This document shows, one piece after another, positions 52,473-62,312 of a stretch of 64,000 nucleotides of DNA (positions are counted from its first letter, which is position 1; each line of letters begins with the position of its first letter). The position numbers and the translations under genes were made by a program. The notes below the pieces were generated by a model that saw only the letters and a program-made list of their open reading frames with translations, was not told where the DNA came from and did not search any database. This stretch comes from an uncultured Gemmatimonadales bacterium (lineage in GTDB: Bacteria; Gemmatimonadota; Gemmatimonadetes; Gemmatimonadales; GWC2-71-9), in the NCBI GenBank assembly GCA_963695555.1, contig CAVOGR010000001.1, positions 160,001 to 224,000 on the forward strand. The letters run 5' to 3'.

Positions 52473-53465
52473 ATGGGAGAGTCCACCGCCGGCCTCCGCG
52501 TTCTCTTCATCAGTCCGTTCGACCAGGCCCGGTACTCACACGCCGCGCTCATGCAGCGGGCCCTCGAGCGCCTCGGCTGCCGGGTTAGCCCGCTCGACCT
52601 CCTGGCGATCGCTCCGTGGTGGCGCCGGCTCCGTCGCGAGCGGGTGGAGGACCGGGTCCAGCGGGCGATCGCAGCGGTGTCCCCTGACGTCGTTCTCGCG
52701 ATCGGCGCCGATCACTTGAGCGCGCTTGCCGTGCATGCCTTGCGGGATGCGACGGAGGCGTTGTGGGTGAACTGGATTCCCGACACCGAGACGCCGCTGG
52801 AAACGTGTGAGCACGCAGCCTCGGCGTACGATCATCTCTTCGTGTCGGCCAGCGAACTCGCGGCCCACCTCGTGGAATCGACCGGCACGACCGTGAGCTT
52901 CCTGGCCCCAGCGTGCGATCCCTCGGTGCATCGGCCGCTCCGGGCGCGGGATCAGTTTCGCGCGAATGTCGTCTTTGCCGGTACGGCGACGCCGAGGCGC
53001 GAAGAGCTGCTCACGGAGCTGGTGGAGTTCGGGTTGGCCCTCTGGGGGCCCGGCTGGCGGAAGACCAGCCTCAGGGATTATTGCCGCGGCGAGTTGGTCG
53101 AAGTGCAGGACTACGTCCGGGCATACGCCGGGGCGAGCGTGGGGGTCAACATCCACCATGACGCGGCACCCGCCGCGGGTGGTGGGTGTAATGCGCGGGT
53201 GTTCGAGCTCGCCGCGATTGGCACGGCGCAGGTCGTCGACGATCGGGCCGATTTGCCGCTCCACTTCGCCGTGGGAAGCGACATGGTCGCGTTTCGCACG
53301 GTCGAGGAGATGCGCACCGCCGTGCGGGAGCTGCTGCATGAGCATCGCCTCGCGGGTGAGATGGGGCGGGAAGCCCGCCGCAAGGCCCTCGCGAGCCATA
53401 CCTACATGCACCGCATGCTCACGCTCCTCTCGGCGCTCAAGTCGAAGTTGCCGGCGAGGGCCTGA
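52473..53465 (+). CDS. CgeB/YkvP-family glycosyltransferase
   Basis: PACDP, VVFAGT, WGPGW, NARVFE, HTYMHR. Confidence 0.85.
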   Translation: MGESTAGLRVLFISPFDQARYSHAALMQRALERLGCRVSPLDLLAIAPWWRRLRRERVEDRVQRAIAAVSPDVVLAIGADHLSALAVHALRDATEALWVNWIPDTETPLETCEHAASAYDHLFVSASELAAHLVESTGTTVSFLAPACDPSVHRPLRARDQFRANVVFAGTATPRREELLTELVEFGLALWGPGWRKTSLRDYCRGELVEVQDYVRAYAGASVGVNIHHDAAPAAGGGCNARVFELAAIGTAQVVDDRADLPLHFAVGSDMVAFRTVEEMRTAVRELLHEHRLAGEMGREARRKALASHTYMHRMLTLLSALKSKLPARA

Positions 53466-53494
53466 CGGGGTGTGGCGCGGAACGCCCATCAGCC

Positions 53495-54133
53495 TCATGC
53501 CGTCCGCGCAGGAGAGAGAGGCGTAACCTCGAAGACAAAGATTGCTGCGCCGCGTTGACGGACCGGAATCACGTTGCGCAGCGGCGTCCGGTAGTAGCGG
53601 GAAATCTCGACCCGGCCCCAGGGCGCGAGCGCGGCTCTGAGCGAATGGACATCATAGGCACGTTTGTGGTCGGGATCCCAAGAATGGTGACCCACCGGCG
53701 TCGTGCCAACGAGGCCGCCGCCGGGGGCGAGGAATGTGGTGCGCGTGCCGGCAAACGCACGGTCGTCCGGTATGTGTTCGATCACCTCGCAGCAGAACAC
53801 GACGTCGAACTGACCGGGGTCTGGCTGGGTCGCGGCAAACGCCGGCCGACCGGTCCCTTGGGTCCAGGCGCGAGCCTGGGCGATTACTGCCGGGGCAATG
53901 TCGTAGCCCGTGACGTGTGCTACCGCGCGCTGAAGGGCAATGGTGAAGACACCATCCATACACCCGAAGTCCAAAACGCGTTTGCTCCGCGTTGGATAGC
54001 GACGGAGGAGCACGTGATGGCGCCACAGAAGATGACGAAGTCGCCACTCGAAATCGCCGGCGGAGGGCCCAAGGCGCTCCCGCCAACGCTAGTACTGGCG
54101 GTCGTACTCACGGGAGAGGATAGTCGCGTCCAT
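53495..54133 (-). CDS. Class I SAM-dependent methyltransferase (in-frame TAG at 54089-54091; intact frame 53495-54088)
   Basis: VLDFGCMDG, GYDIAP, FDVVFCCEVIEHIPDD; the upstream ATG at 54133 is in frame but interrupted by an amber codon. Confidence 0.7.
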
Positions 54134-55058
54134 TGAGCAGTAACTCCAATCGGTGCGCGTAGGTGTGCTTCGCTAGGGCGTGGGCCCTTCCCTCGGCTGC
54201 GATCCGGCCACGTTCCCCGGGAGCCGCGAGATAGTGGCGCACGAGTGCCACCGCGTCTGAAACACCGCGGTACCAAACGCAATGTCGGCGGTCTTCGGCC
54301 AACGCCTCGATTCCCTCGACGTACGCGCCGAGAAAGAACCCGCCACAGCCGAGGATCTTCCACATCCGGTTGGAAGCCGAGGCCCGATCGTGATCTTGTC
54401 CTGGCAGGGCGCTCGCACCGAGCGATATCGCAGCGCCTCGTACCGCCCGGGCGAATCGCGCGCCACGGACTCGCCCTCCGGCCACGGGGAGGTCCGACGG
54501 GACGGCCTCCCACCCGGACCCGCGGATCTGCAGGTTGCCTACGCCGGCGATCGCTCGTAACACTTCGTGGCGGTGGGGATACTGCCCCGAACCGACAAAC
54601 GAGACGTCGCAATGATATCGCCGCGGTGCAGTTCTTTGGGGTCGGTCGAGAACGGGATCGACGCCCTGAGGCAGGAAGCGGACGTGCGGAATTCCAGCGC
54701 GACGGTATGCCTCCACCTGGGCGAAGTACGTGGTGTACATCGTCCCCGCGAGGCGGCCCAAGGCGATGACGTCGGGGCTGGACGGGTAGTCGAAGTACCA
54801 CAGCGCACTCTGTCTCGATGCGGTGACGGCTCGGATGGTGGCTTCGCCGGCCAGGATGGCATGGCGAGTCATGAGGACGAATTCGGGGTCGAACATGTCG
54901 ACGAGCCGACGGACCAGGCCACTACCGGCTCTCCCGAGGTGGCGATGCCATCGCATGACGTCGATCTGGCGGCATTGGTGGCCCAGTGTCCGCGCGGCGC
55001 GTGCAATGGCCGTTTCGGTCTTGTAGCGCCCGCCGGCACCGAGGACTACAATGCGCAC
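54108..55058 (-). CDS. CgeB/YkvP-family glycosyltransferase
   Basis: FLPQGVDP, DVSFVGS, RGSGW, SNRMWKILGCGG, HTYAHR. Confidence 0.85.
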   Translation of the reverse strand: MRIVVLGAGGRYKTETAIARAARTLGHQCRQIDVMRWHRHLGRAGSGLVRRLVDMFDPEFVLMTRHAILAGEATIRAVTASRQSALWYFDYPSSPDVIALGRLAGTMYTTYFAQVEAYRRAGIPHVRFLPQGVDPVLDRPQRTAPRRYHCDVSFVGSGQYPHRHEVLRAIAGVGNLQIRGSGWEAVPSDLPVAGGRVRGARFARAVRGAAISLGASALPGQDHDRASASNRMWKILGCGGFFLGAYVEGIEALAEDRRHCVWYRGVSDAVALVRHYLAAPGERGRIAAEGRAHALAKHTYAHRLELLLNGRDYPLP

Positions 55059-55209
55059 GCGGAGTGATCAACTCCTGGCGGAATGCCGGGAGGGAATCGG
55101 TTGGGTCGGTGAGCGGATGCGGGCATTGAATCGGGGCGAAATATAGTGGAATCGGTACTCGTGGGCGGGACGTCCGTCGGCCTTCTGCGCATGTCAATGG
55201 GGCGTCGCG

Positions 55210-56439
55210 ATGACCGGTGATTTCCCAGCGGGACCGGATCGGCAGGTCTTGTTCACCTACGACTTCCCACCGATTGGTGGTGGGATCGCCCGGTGGATGG
55301 GAGAATTGGCTCGGCGGTATCCCTCGAGCGGGCTGGTTGTCTCCACGGGCCAACAGCCCGGTAGCGAGATGGTGGACCCGACCTTTCCGAATCCGATCGA
55401 TCGAGTGGCGGTTCCGTCTCGGCGATTGCGCACGATGTCGGGGATCATTCGCTGGGCTCACCGGGCCGGGAGGCTCTGCCGGACTTGGGGCGCCGAGTTC
55501 GCGTGGTGCGGCCAGGTCCTACCCGCTGCCTACCCGGCGCGTTGGGTCCATGCCAAGACCCGCACGCCGTATGGCCTGGTGGTGCACGGAGGGGACCTCC
55601 TCAAGCTCCGCCGCCGTATCCATTCGGCCCGCAAGCGACCGATCGCCCGGACGTTGCTTGGGAACGCTGCGGTGATCGTCGCAAACAGCCGATGGACCGC
55701 CGCCCTCTGCGGTGAGATCTTCGACGAATTCCGGCTCCCTCTGTCTGAGGGGCAGCTTCACGTGGTGCCCTTGGGGACCGATCCGGATTTCTTTCGACCG
55801 GGGCTCGATTCAAGCCCAGTTCGAGCAACCTATGACCTGCCCGCAGGCCGTTGGCTCGTTACGGTAGCGCGCCTCGTGCCGCACAAGGGGATCGACACCG
55901 GGATCCGGTGCCTGGCCGCTCTCGGGGATGACATACCAGGCCTGCGCTACGCCGTCGCTGGTACGGGGCTGGATCTCGAGCGGCTCGAGGCGCTGGCCCG
56001 CGACCTCGCTGTTCGCGACCGGGTCCACTTCCTCGGCCAGGTGCCGGACTCCCATCTGCCGGCGCTCTACAACCTGGGCGAGGTCTATCTCGCGCCTTCA
56101 CGACTCGAAGCGTGCGATGTCGAAGGCTTCGGCATCGCGATCGTCGAGGCATCGGCGTCGGGGCTTCCTGTCGTCGCTGGGCGGAGTGGCGGGACGGCCG
56201 ACGCGGTTCTGGAAGGGGAGACCGGCCTACTGGTCGATTCGGGGTCGGGGAACCCGGGCGCGTTCACCGATGCCGTACGCTCGTTGCTGGTGAACCGTTC
56301 TCTGGCCGCAACGATGGGCAGAGCAGGGCGCCGGGCCGTCGAGACCTTCTTCAATTGGGATCGGGTGACCACGGTGATGCGAGGTCTTGGCCGGGACGCG
56401 GCCCTCGCGAGCCGGCCCGTTCGGGGATCAGCCGGCTGA
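55210..56439 (+). CDS. GT4 family glycosyltransferase (PimB-like)
   Basis: DFPPIGGGIA, VARLVPHKG, EGFGIAIVEA, GRSGG. Confidence 0.9.
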   Translation: MTGDFPAGPDRQVLFTYDFPPIGGGIARWMGELARRYPSSGLVVSTGQQPGSEMVDPTFPNPIDRVAVPSRRLRTMSGIIRWAHRAGRLCRTWGAEFAWCGQVLPAAYPARWVHAKTRTPYGLVVHGGDLLKLRRRIHSARKRPIARTLLGNAAVIVANSRWTAALCGEIFDEFRLPLSEGQLHVVPLGTDPDFFRPGLDSSPVRATYDLPAGRWLVTVARLVPHKGIDTGIRCLAALGDDIPGLRYAVAGTGLDLERLEALARDLAVRDRVHFLGQVPDSHLPALYNLGEVYLAPSRLEACDVEGFGIAIVEASASGLPVVAGRSGGTADAVLEGETGLLVDSGSGNPGAFTDAVRSLLVNRSLAATMGRAGRRAVETFFNWDRVTTVMRGLGRDAALASRPVRGSAG

Positions 56440-57495
56440 GGTGCCGTCCGCGACCCGCGCACTGATGGCGTAGGTGGGGCAGTTCCGCACGTAATCGCCG
56501 TCCAGCGGAGACCAGCTCTGTTCCGGTTCCAGGACCTGCGCTTTGCCATCCGCCCCCGAGGCGAACACATGCGGTGCCCGGAGCACGCAGGATCCGCATC
56601 CGATGCAGCGGTCAGCGCTGACGCGAATGCGCACGTGGCGGCGCGGATAGATGCCGCGTGCATCGTCAGGGAGGGGACCCCCGAATTCATCCAAGACCGC
56701 CTTGGTAGCCCGGTAGCCCTCATCGATGAGTTCCCGGGTCCGATCGAAGGCGAACATGGGGACGTGCTCAACCCGGGGGTGGACCAGGAGTAGCGCCGGC
56801 TTCTCCCACCCGCGCAGCGATTCCTCGGCCATGGTCTGCATGACGATCTCGAGGCCCCGGGCATAGGTTGCGGCGAAACCGCTGTTCTCCACGTCCGCCC
56901 TGAGGACACTCGAGGAACCGACGTCCACGGCGATGACCGCCGTATCTCCGGCCCCTGCCGCTGCGCGCACCGGCAGGTTCCGGATGACCGCCCCGTCGCA
57001 GTAGAACCGGCCGCGAAGCTGCCGTGGCGGGAATAGGCCCGGGAGCGCACAGGAAGCGAATACGGCGTCGGCGACTCGGACGTCTCGTAGCCCGGGCTGT
57101 CCCCAGAGCACCTGCATGCCCGAGTTGATCTCAACGGTGTTGACGATGAGTTGATGCTCGAGATCGTCGAACGTCCTATTCCCGACCAGATCTTCGATCA
57201 ACTGTTGCAGTGGCTCATGTCGGTAGATGGCCGGCGCCCGCATCCGGCGGAACGCCATGTCGGTGTGGGCGACTTGGAACACATGCTTGCGTTTGACAGC
57301 CAGACCCCGTCGCCGCATGGTTTCGATGTCGTGTCCGGCGGCCCAGGCCGCGGCCACGAGCGAGCCCATGCTGGTACCGATCACGGCGTCGGGGGTGAGG
57401 CCAAACTCAGCCAGGGCTTGGAACACCCCGATATGAGCCAGCCCCTTGAGGCCGCCGCCGCTCAATACCAACGTGAAAGGTCGAGGATTACTCAC
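56428..57495 (-). CDS. Patatin-like phospholipase with a C-terminal ferredoxin domain
   Basis: LSGGGLKG, GTSMG, DGA; C-terminal CIGCGSC...RNCPTYAI. Confidence 0.88.
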   Translation of the reverse strand: MSNPRPFTLVLSGGGLKGLAHIGVFQALAEFGLTPDAVIGTSMGSLVAAAWAAGHDIETMRRRGLAVKRKHVFQVAHTDMAFRRMRAPAIYRHEPLQQLIEDLVGNRTFDDLEHQLIVNTVEINSGMQVLWGQPGLRDVRVADAVFASCALPGLFPPRQLRGRFYCDGAVIRNLPVRAAAGAGDTAVIAVDVGSSSVLRADVENSGFAATYARGLEIVMQTMAEESLRGWEKPALLLVHPRVEHVPMFAFDRTRELIDEGYRATKAVLDEFGGPLPDDARGIYPRRHVRIRVSADRCIGCGSCVLRAPHVFASGADGKAQVLEPEQSWSPLDGDYVRNCPTYAISARVADGTSAG

Positions 57496-57577
57496 GGTTT
57501 GTCGGGGAAGCAGATCGAGGAGTAACGTACTCTCGACCAGTTCGAGAACAAAGCGTCCATTCGCGCCGAGCCAACCC

Positions 57578-58771
57578 ATGTCGCTGCCGGATTCTGCCGC
57601 TCCCACCCCTCGCTACGACGTAGCGGAACTGCGTGCCCAGGAGTTTCCGTGGACATCGGGAACGACCTACCTGAACAACGCGAGCACGGGACCGCTGCCG
57701 GCGGGCACCGTCTGCGTGCTGCACGAGTTCATTCGGCGCCGCACCAATCCCTCGCTCCTGCCTGATCCCGACCTCCAAGCGGTCCTCGCCGAATCGCGGC
57801 GACTCCTTGCCCGGCTGGTCAATGCGTCGGTGTCAGAGATCGCGCTCGCGCCAAACACGACATACGGGCTGAATCTGGCGGCCACCGGCCTGCCGCTCCA
57901 ATCCGGCGACGTCGTGCTGGTGAGTGACAAGGAGTTTCCGGCCAACGTCTATCCGTGGCTCCGCCTGCAGGAACGGGGAATCGGGTGTGAACTGGTCCCG
58001 ACGACTTCCGAGGGCTGGCCCGACGCCGCGCGAATCAGGGAGCGCCTGGCCGACCCGAGGGTACGGGTGCTCGCGCTGTCACTGGTGCAGTTCGGGACGG
58101 GATACCTGGCGGACCTGGCCTATTGGTCCGCCGCGACCCGTGAGACCGGCACCTTCTTGGTGGTCGATGCGATCCAAGGACTCGGCCACATCCCAGTCGA
58201 CCTGGCCCAAACGGAGGTGGACATTCTGAGCGCGGGAGGGCAGAAGTGGTTGCTCTCGCCGTGGGGATCGGGGTTCGTCTACGTGCGGAAGGGCCTCCGG
58301 GACGTCGTGCGGCCGCCGGCCACCGGCTGGATGGCATACGAAGGGAGCCAGGACTTTACCCGTCTCACGTCATACGACGACCGTCTCTTGCCTGACGCCC
58401 GCCGCTTTGAGTTGGTCACGCTGCCGTTCCAGGACTTTGCCGGACTGAATGCCTCGGTGTCCCTGCTTCTTTCATTGGGAATCGAAGCCATCCGCCGGCA
58501 CATCGACAGCGTGCTCGAGCCCGTCAGGCATTGGTGTGGAAGGCACGGCGTTTCGCTCCGATCGCCACTCGGAGCGCACGGCTCGGCCATTCTGTGCGTG
58601 GCTCCATCCGACCCGGTCGAAGCGCATCGCCTGCTCCGGGCGGAGGGCGTGGTATCGAGTCTCCGGGAAGGAAGCATTCGCCTGAGCCCGCACTGCTACA
58701 ACACGGTGGATGAAATGGAGCGGGTTGTCGCCGTGCTGGAGCGGGTGGGAACGAAGGCGACCGCGGGCTAG
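57578..58771 (+). CDS. Class V PLP-dependent aminotransferase-fold enzyme
   Basis: [25 protein letters not shown]; lacks the SufS/IscS catalytic Cys loop. Confidence 0.88.
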   Translation: MSLPDSAAPTPRYDVAELRAQEFPWTSGTTYLNNASTGPLPAGTVCVLHEFIRRRTNPSLLPDPDLQAVLAESRRLLARLVNASVSEIALAPNTTYGLNLAATGLPLQSGDVVLVSDKEFPANVYPWLRLQERGIGCELVPTTSEGWPDAARIRERLADPRVRVLALSLVQFGTGYLADLAYWSAATRETGTFLVVDAIQGLGHIPVDLAQTEVDILSAGGQKWLLSPWGSGFVYVRKGLRDVVRPPATGWMAYEGSQDFTRLTSYDDRLLPDARRFELVTLPFQDFAGLNASVSLLLSLGIEAIRRHIDSVLEPVRHWCGRHGVSLRSPLGAHGSAILCVAPSDPVEAHRLLRAEGVVSSLREGSIRLSPHCYNTVDEMERVVAVLERVGTKATAG

Positions 58772-60033
58772 TCTTCGATGACCAGGAGGGCGTGGGTCTT
58801 CCGGCCCTTCTGGAGCAGGATGTAGCGGTCGGCCAGGACGCTGGCCCGGCTGAGCACGTCGTCCTCCTTCGCGATCTTGGCGCCATTCACCGAAAAGCCA
58901 CCGCCCCGAATGCCGCGGCGGGCGTCGGCCTTGGAGCTTGCCAGTCCGACGGTGGTGAGGGCCTCGACCACGCTCAGTCCCTGCTGCATGGCACTGGCCG
59001 GCACGCGCGCGACCGCGAGCTCACCGGCAAGCACTTCGAAGGCTGCCGGACCGGTCTCGCGGATCTCGGAATCTCCAAACAGTATGCGACTGGCTTGCAC
59101 CACTGCCGCCGTGGTTTCCGGGCCGTGAATGCGGGTGGTGACATCCTCGGCAAGGGCGCGCTGGGCGATTCGCGCCGCGGGACGCTCGTGGTGGCTCGCG
59201 GCCAGGGCGTCGATCTCCTCGAGCGGCATGAAGGTGAACAATTTGAGCAGGCGTTCGACGTCTTGGTCGTCGGTGTTGAGCCAGAACTGGTAGAAGCGGT
59301 ACGGGCTGGTGCGCTCGGCGTCGAGCCAGACGTTGCCCGCTTCGGACTTACCGAACTTGGTCCCGCTCGCCGTGGTGAGCAGCGGAAAGACCAAGCCGTG
59401 CACCTTGGCTTGTTCCTTCCGCGCCACGAGCTCGATTCCCGCCGTGATGTTCCCCCACTGATCGCTGCCACCCATTTGAAGCTCGCACCCTCTGGTGCGA
59501 TGGAGGTGCCAGTAATCGTAGGCCTGCACCAGCATGTAGGCGAACTCGGTGAACGAAAGGCCGAGTTCCATCCGGCCTTTGACCGATTCCTTTTGCAGCA
59601 TGTAGCTGAGCGTGAAGTGCTTGCCCGTGTCACGCAAGAAGTCGAGCAGCCGGATGTCTTCGAGCCACTCGGAGTTGTCGCAGACCTCGATCTGCGCCTC
59701 CGAACCGCTCATGAACCGGGCGAGTTGGTCGCGCATGCGGGCGCAGTTCTCGGCGATCGCCTCGGGCGGGAGCAAGGGTCGCTCCGCTCGCTTGCCCGAG
59801 GGATCGCCCACCATGCCGGTGCCGCCGCCCAGGACGGCCATCGCCGTGCCGCCGGCCCGATCGAGCCATGCCAGGCCCATCATGGGAATCAGATTCCCGA
59901 CGTGGAGGGACTCGGCGGTGGGGTCGAATCCTACGTAGCCGGTGATGGGGCCGGTCTGCAGACGTTCTTCGAGGCCGGGCGTGGCATCGTGCAACAATCC
60001 GCGGCGCGCGAGTTCTGTCGCGAGGTCAGCCAT
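58768..60033 (-). CDS. tyrS: Tyrosine--tRNA ligase
   Basis: [32 protein letters not shown]-terminal S4 domain. Confidence 0.97.
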   Translation of the reverse strand: MADLATELARRGLLHDATPGLEERLQTGPITGYVGFDPTAESLHVGNLIPMMGLAWLDRAGGTAMAVLGGGTGMVGDPSGKRAERPLLPPEAIAENCARMRDQLARFMSGSEAQIEVCDNSEWLEDIRLLDFLRDTGKHFTLSYMLQKESVKGRMELGLSFTEFAYMLVQAYDYWHLHRTRGCELQMGGSDQWGNITAGIELVARKEQAKVHGLVFPLLTTASGTKFGKSEAGNVWLDAERTSPYRFYQFWLNTDDQDVERLLKLFTFMPLEEIDALAASHHERPAARIAQRALAEDVTTRIHGPETTAAVVQASRILFGDSEIRETGPAAFEVLAGELAVARVPASAMQQGLSVVEALTTVGLASSKADARRGIRGGGFSVNGAKIAKEDDVLSRASVLADRYILLQKGRKTHALLVIED

Positions 60034-60154
60034 GAGGGCCAATCGTAGTCCGACGGCGTGAGCCGAGCAAGCCGAGGGGCAGGCCCGTGCCCGGTGGTCC
60101 CGGGGGGGCGTGGCCTGTTGGCTGGTGCCTTTCCCATGGCTAGGTTTGTCTCTT

Positions 60155-62311
60155 ATGCCCCCGCAATTCCCCGCAGCGGTGCGACGCTGGCTTCCCCGTG
60201 GCCTGCTCGCCAGAGTCGTGCTGATCACGGCATTTGCCGTGGTTGCTTTCGGCGCGGCTTTCGCATTCGGTGCGTGGAGCCGGGCCTGCGCCGGGAGCCG
60301 CTGCCCGTCGATCGAAGGACTCGGGGAATACGACCCCGATCAGGCGTCCAAGGTGTACGCCGCCGATGGCCGGCTGATCACGGATTTCGGCCTGGAACGG
60401 CGAACGGTCCTTCCCCTGCGGGAGATATCCCCTGCCGTCGTCGCCGCCTTTCTGGCCATCGAGGATCGGCGCTTCTACCGCCACCACGGCATCGACTGGA
60501 TCCGGTTCTTTGGTGCGGTCAAGAGCAACATCCTGGCGATGGAGGTGACCTCGGGGTTTTCGACCATCACCATGCAGCTGGCGCGGAACCTGTTTCCCGA
60601 GGATATCAGTGGTCGGGACCGGACGATTGCGCGCAAGATTCGTGAGGCGCGGGTCGCGCGGCAGATCGAAAAGCGGTACTCGAAGGACAAGATTCTCGAG
60701 CTCTACCTCAACCAGATCGATCTCGGCAACCGGGCGTTTGGTGTCGAGGCGGCGGCCCAGCGGTACTTCGGCAAATCGGCCCGTAACGTCAACGTGGCGG
60801 AGGCCGCCATCTTGGCCGCGATTCCGAAGGCGCCATCGACTTACAATCCCCGGCGCAATCCGCGCCGCGCGATCCAGCGGCGCAACCTGGTGATCAACTC
60901 GATTCGCCAGGAAGGGTTGCTCACGGCAGAACAGGCCGAACGGTGGAAGTCGTTCCCGCTCCAGCTGTCATCGCGCTCTGACTTCAGCGGGGTAGCGGAG
61001 TATTTCGTGGAGTACATCCGGCAGCAACTCGATGCCCGGTTCGGGCACGATCTCTATCGCGATGGGCTCCGGATCTATACCACGCTCGATCTCGATTTTC
61101 AGGAAACGGCCGAGCGGGCGTTGGAGAATCAACTCAGCGCGATCGAGGATGGAGAATACGGCCAATTCCCGCATCCGACCTACGCCACCTATCTGGAATC
61201 GAAGGCCGACCGGGACGGGGCCGCCACCGAGCCGTCGCCCTACCTGCAGGGACTGGTGCTGACGCTCGATGCCAAGACCGGATATATCCGCGCGATGGTT
61301 GGAGGTCGTGACTTCGAGGACAGCAAGTTCAATCGGGTCACGCAAGCGATGCGGCAGCCCGGGTCGACGTTCAAGCCGTTCGTCTACTCGGCGGCCCTCC
61401 GGGCCGGCATACCGCTCTCCTTTATTCAGGTCGATGAGCCGATCAGCGTGCCGATGCGGCAGGGCGAACCCGACTGGGAACCGCAGAACTTCAATCTCCG
61501 GTTCGACGGCCCGATGACGCTCCGGGAAGGACTGTACCGGTCGGTCAACATCATCGCGATTCGGCTGGGGATGGAGGAAGTGGGAGAACAGGCCGTGGTG
61601 AGCGAGGCGGTTCGCTACGGCATCACAACCCGAATCCCCGCGTATCCCTCGATCTTCATCGGGTCTGCCGAAGTCCTGCCAATCCAGATGATCTCGGCGT
61701 ACACGTCGTTTGCCAACCTCGGGGTCCGGACCACCCCGATCGGCATCCTCCGGGTGGAGGATCGTGACGGGAAGATCCTCTGGGAGCCCGCGATTCATCG
61801 TGAACGGGTCGCTGACCCCGCGCTGGCCTGGCTCATGACCGACGTGTTGCGGGATGTGGTTCGGCGTGGGACGGCCTTCAGCGCCGTCACCGCCCAGGGG
61901 TTCACCATCCCGACCGGCGGCAAGACCGGCACGACCAACGAATACAACGACGTCTGGTTCATCGGTTTCACTCCCGATCTGGTGACCGGAGTGTGGATGG
62001 GGTTCGATCAACCCCAACGGATCATGAACAACGCACAGGGTGGCCGTCTCGCCGCGCCGGCCTGGACCGCCATGATGAAGGAGATCTACGAGCGGCGGGC
62101 CGCCCCACCGGGGTGGAGCCGGCCGGCCGGAGTCACCTTCCAAGAAATCGACCGGACCACCGGTTACCTCGCCACACCGTTCTGCCCGACCGACAGCCGG
62201 CTCATCGAGTCCTTCCTGCCGGGCACCGAGCCGACCGAACCCTGTCCGGTCCACCTGCCATTCCGCATTACGGGGGCAGGCTCGCAGCCGCAAGCGCCAA
62301 CCAGCCCCTGA
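60155..62311 (+). CDS. Class A penicillin-binding protein (PBP1A family)
   Basis: TGase motifs [23 protein letters not shown]; TPase motifs STFK, SVN, KTGT. Confidence 0.93.
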   Translation: MPPQFPAAVRRWLPRGLLARVVLITAFAVVAFGAAFAFGAWSRACAGSRCPSIEGLGEYDPDQASKVYAADGRLITDFGLERRTVLPLREISPAVVAAFLAIEDRRFYRHHGIDWIRFFGAVKSNILAMEVTSGFSTITMQLARNLFPEDISGRDRTIARKIREARVARQIEKRYSKDKILELYLNQIDLGNRAFGVEAAAQRYFGKSARNVNVAEAAILAAIPKAPSTYNPRRNPRRAIQRRNLVINSIRQEGLLTAEQAERWKSFPLQLSSRSDFSGVAEYFVEYIRQQLDARFGHDLYRDGLRIYTTLDLDFQETAERALENQLSAIEDGEYGQFPHPTYATYLESKADRDGAATEPSPYLQGLVLTLDAKTGYIRAMVGGRDFEDSKFNRVTQAMRQPGSTFKPFVYSAALRAGIPLSFIQVDEPISVPMRQGEPDWEPQNFNLRFDGPMTLREGLYRSVNIIAIRLGMEEVGEQAVVSEAVRYGITTRIPAYPSIFIGSAEVLPIQMISAYTSFANLGVRTTPIGILRVEDRDGKILWEPAIHRERVADPALAWLMTDVLRDVVRRGTAFSAVTAQGFTIPTGGKTGTTNEYNDVWFIGFTPDLVTGVWMGFDQPQRIMNNAQGGRLAAPAWTAMMKEIYERRAAPPGWSRPAGVTFQEIDRTTGYLATPFCPTDSRLIESFLPGTEPTEPCPVHLPFRITGAGSQPQAPTSP

Positions 62312-62312
62312 C

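Noticed and set aside
56428..57495. Patatin as a CBASS CapV effector
   Set aside because: No CD-NTase or other defence genes adjacent; housekeeping context
57578..58771. Cysteine desulfurase (sufS/iscS) call
   Set aside because: No RxGHHC or SSGSAC catalytic Cys motif; kept as a generic class V PLP enzyme
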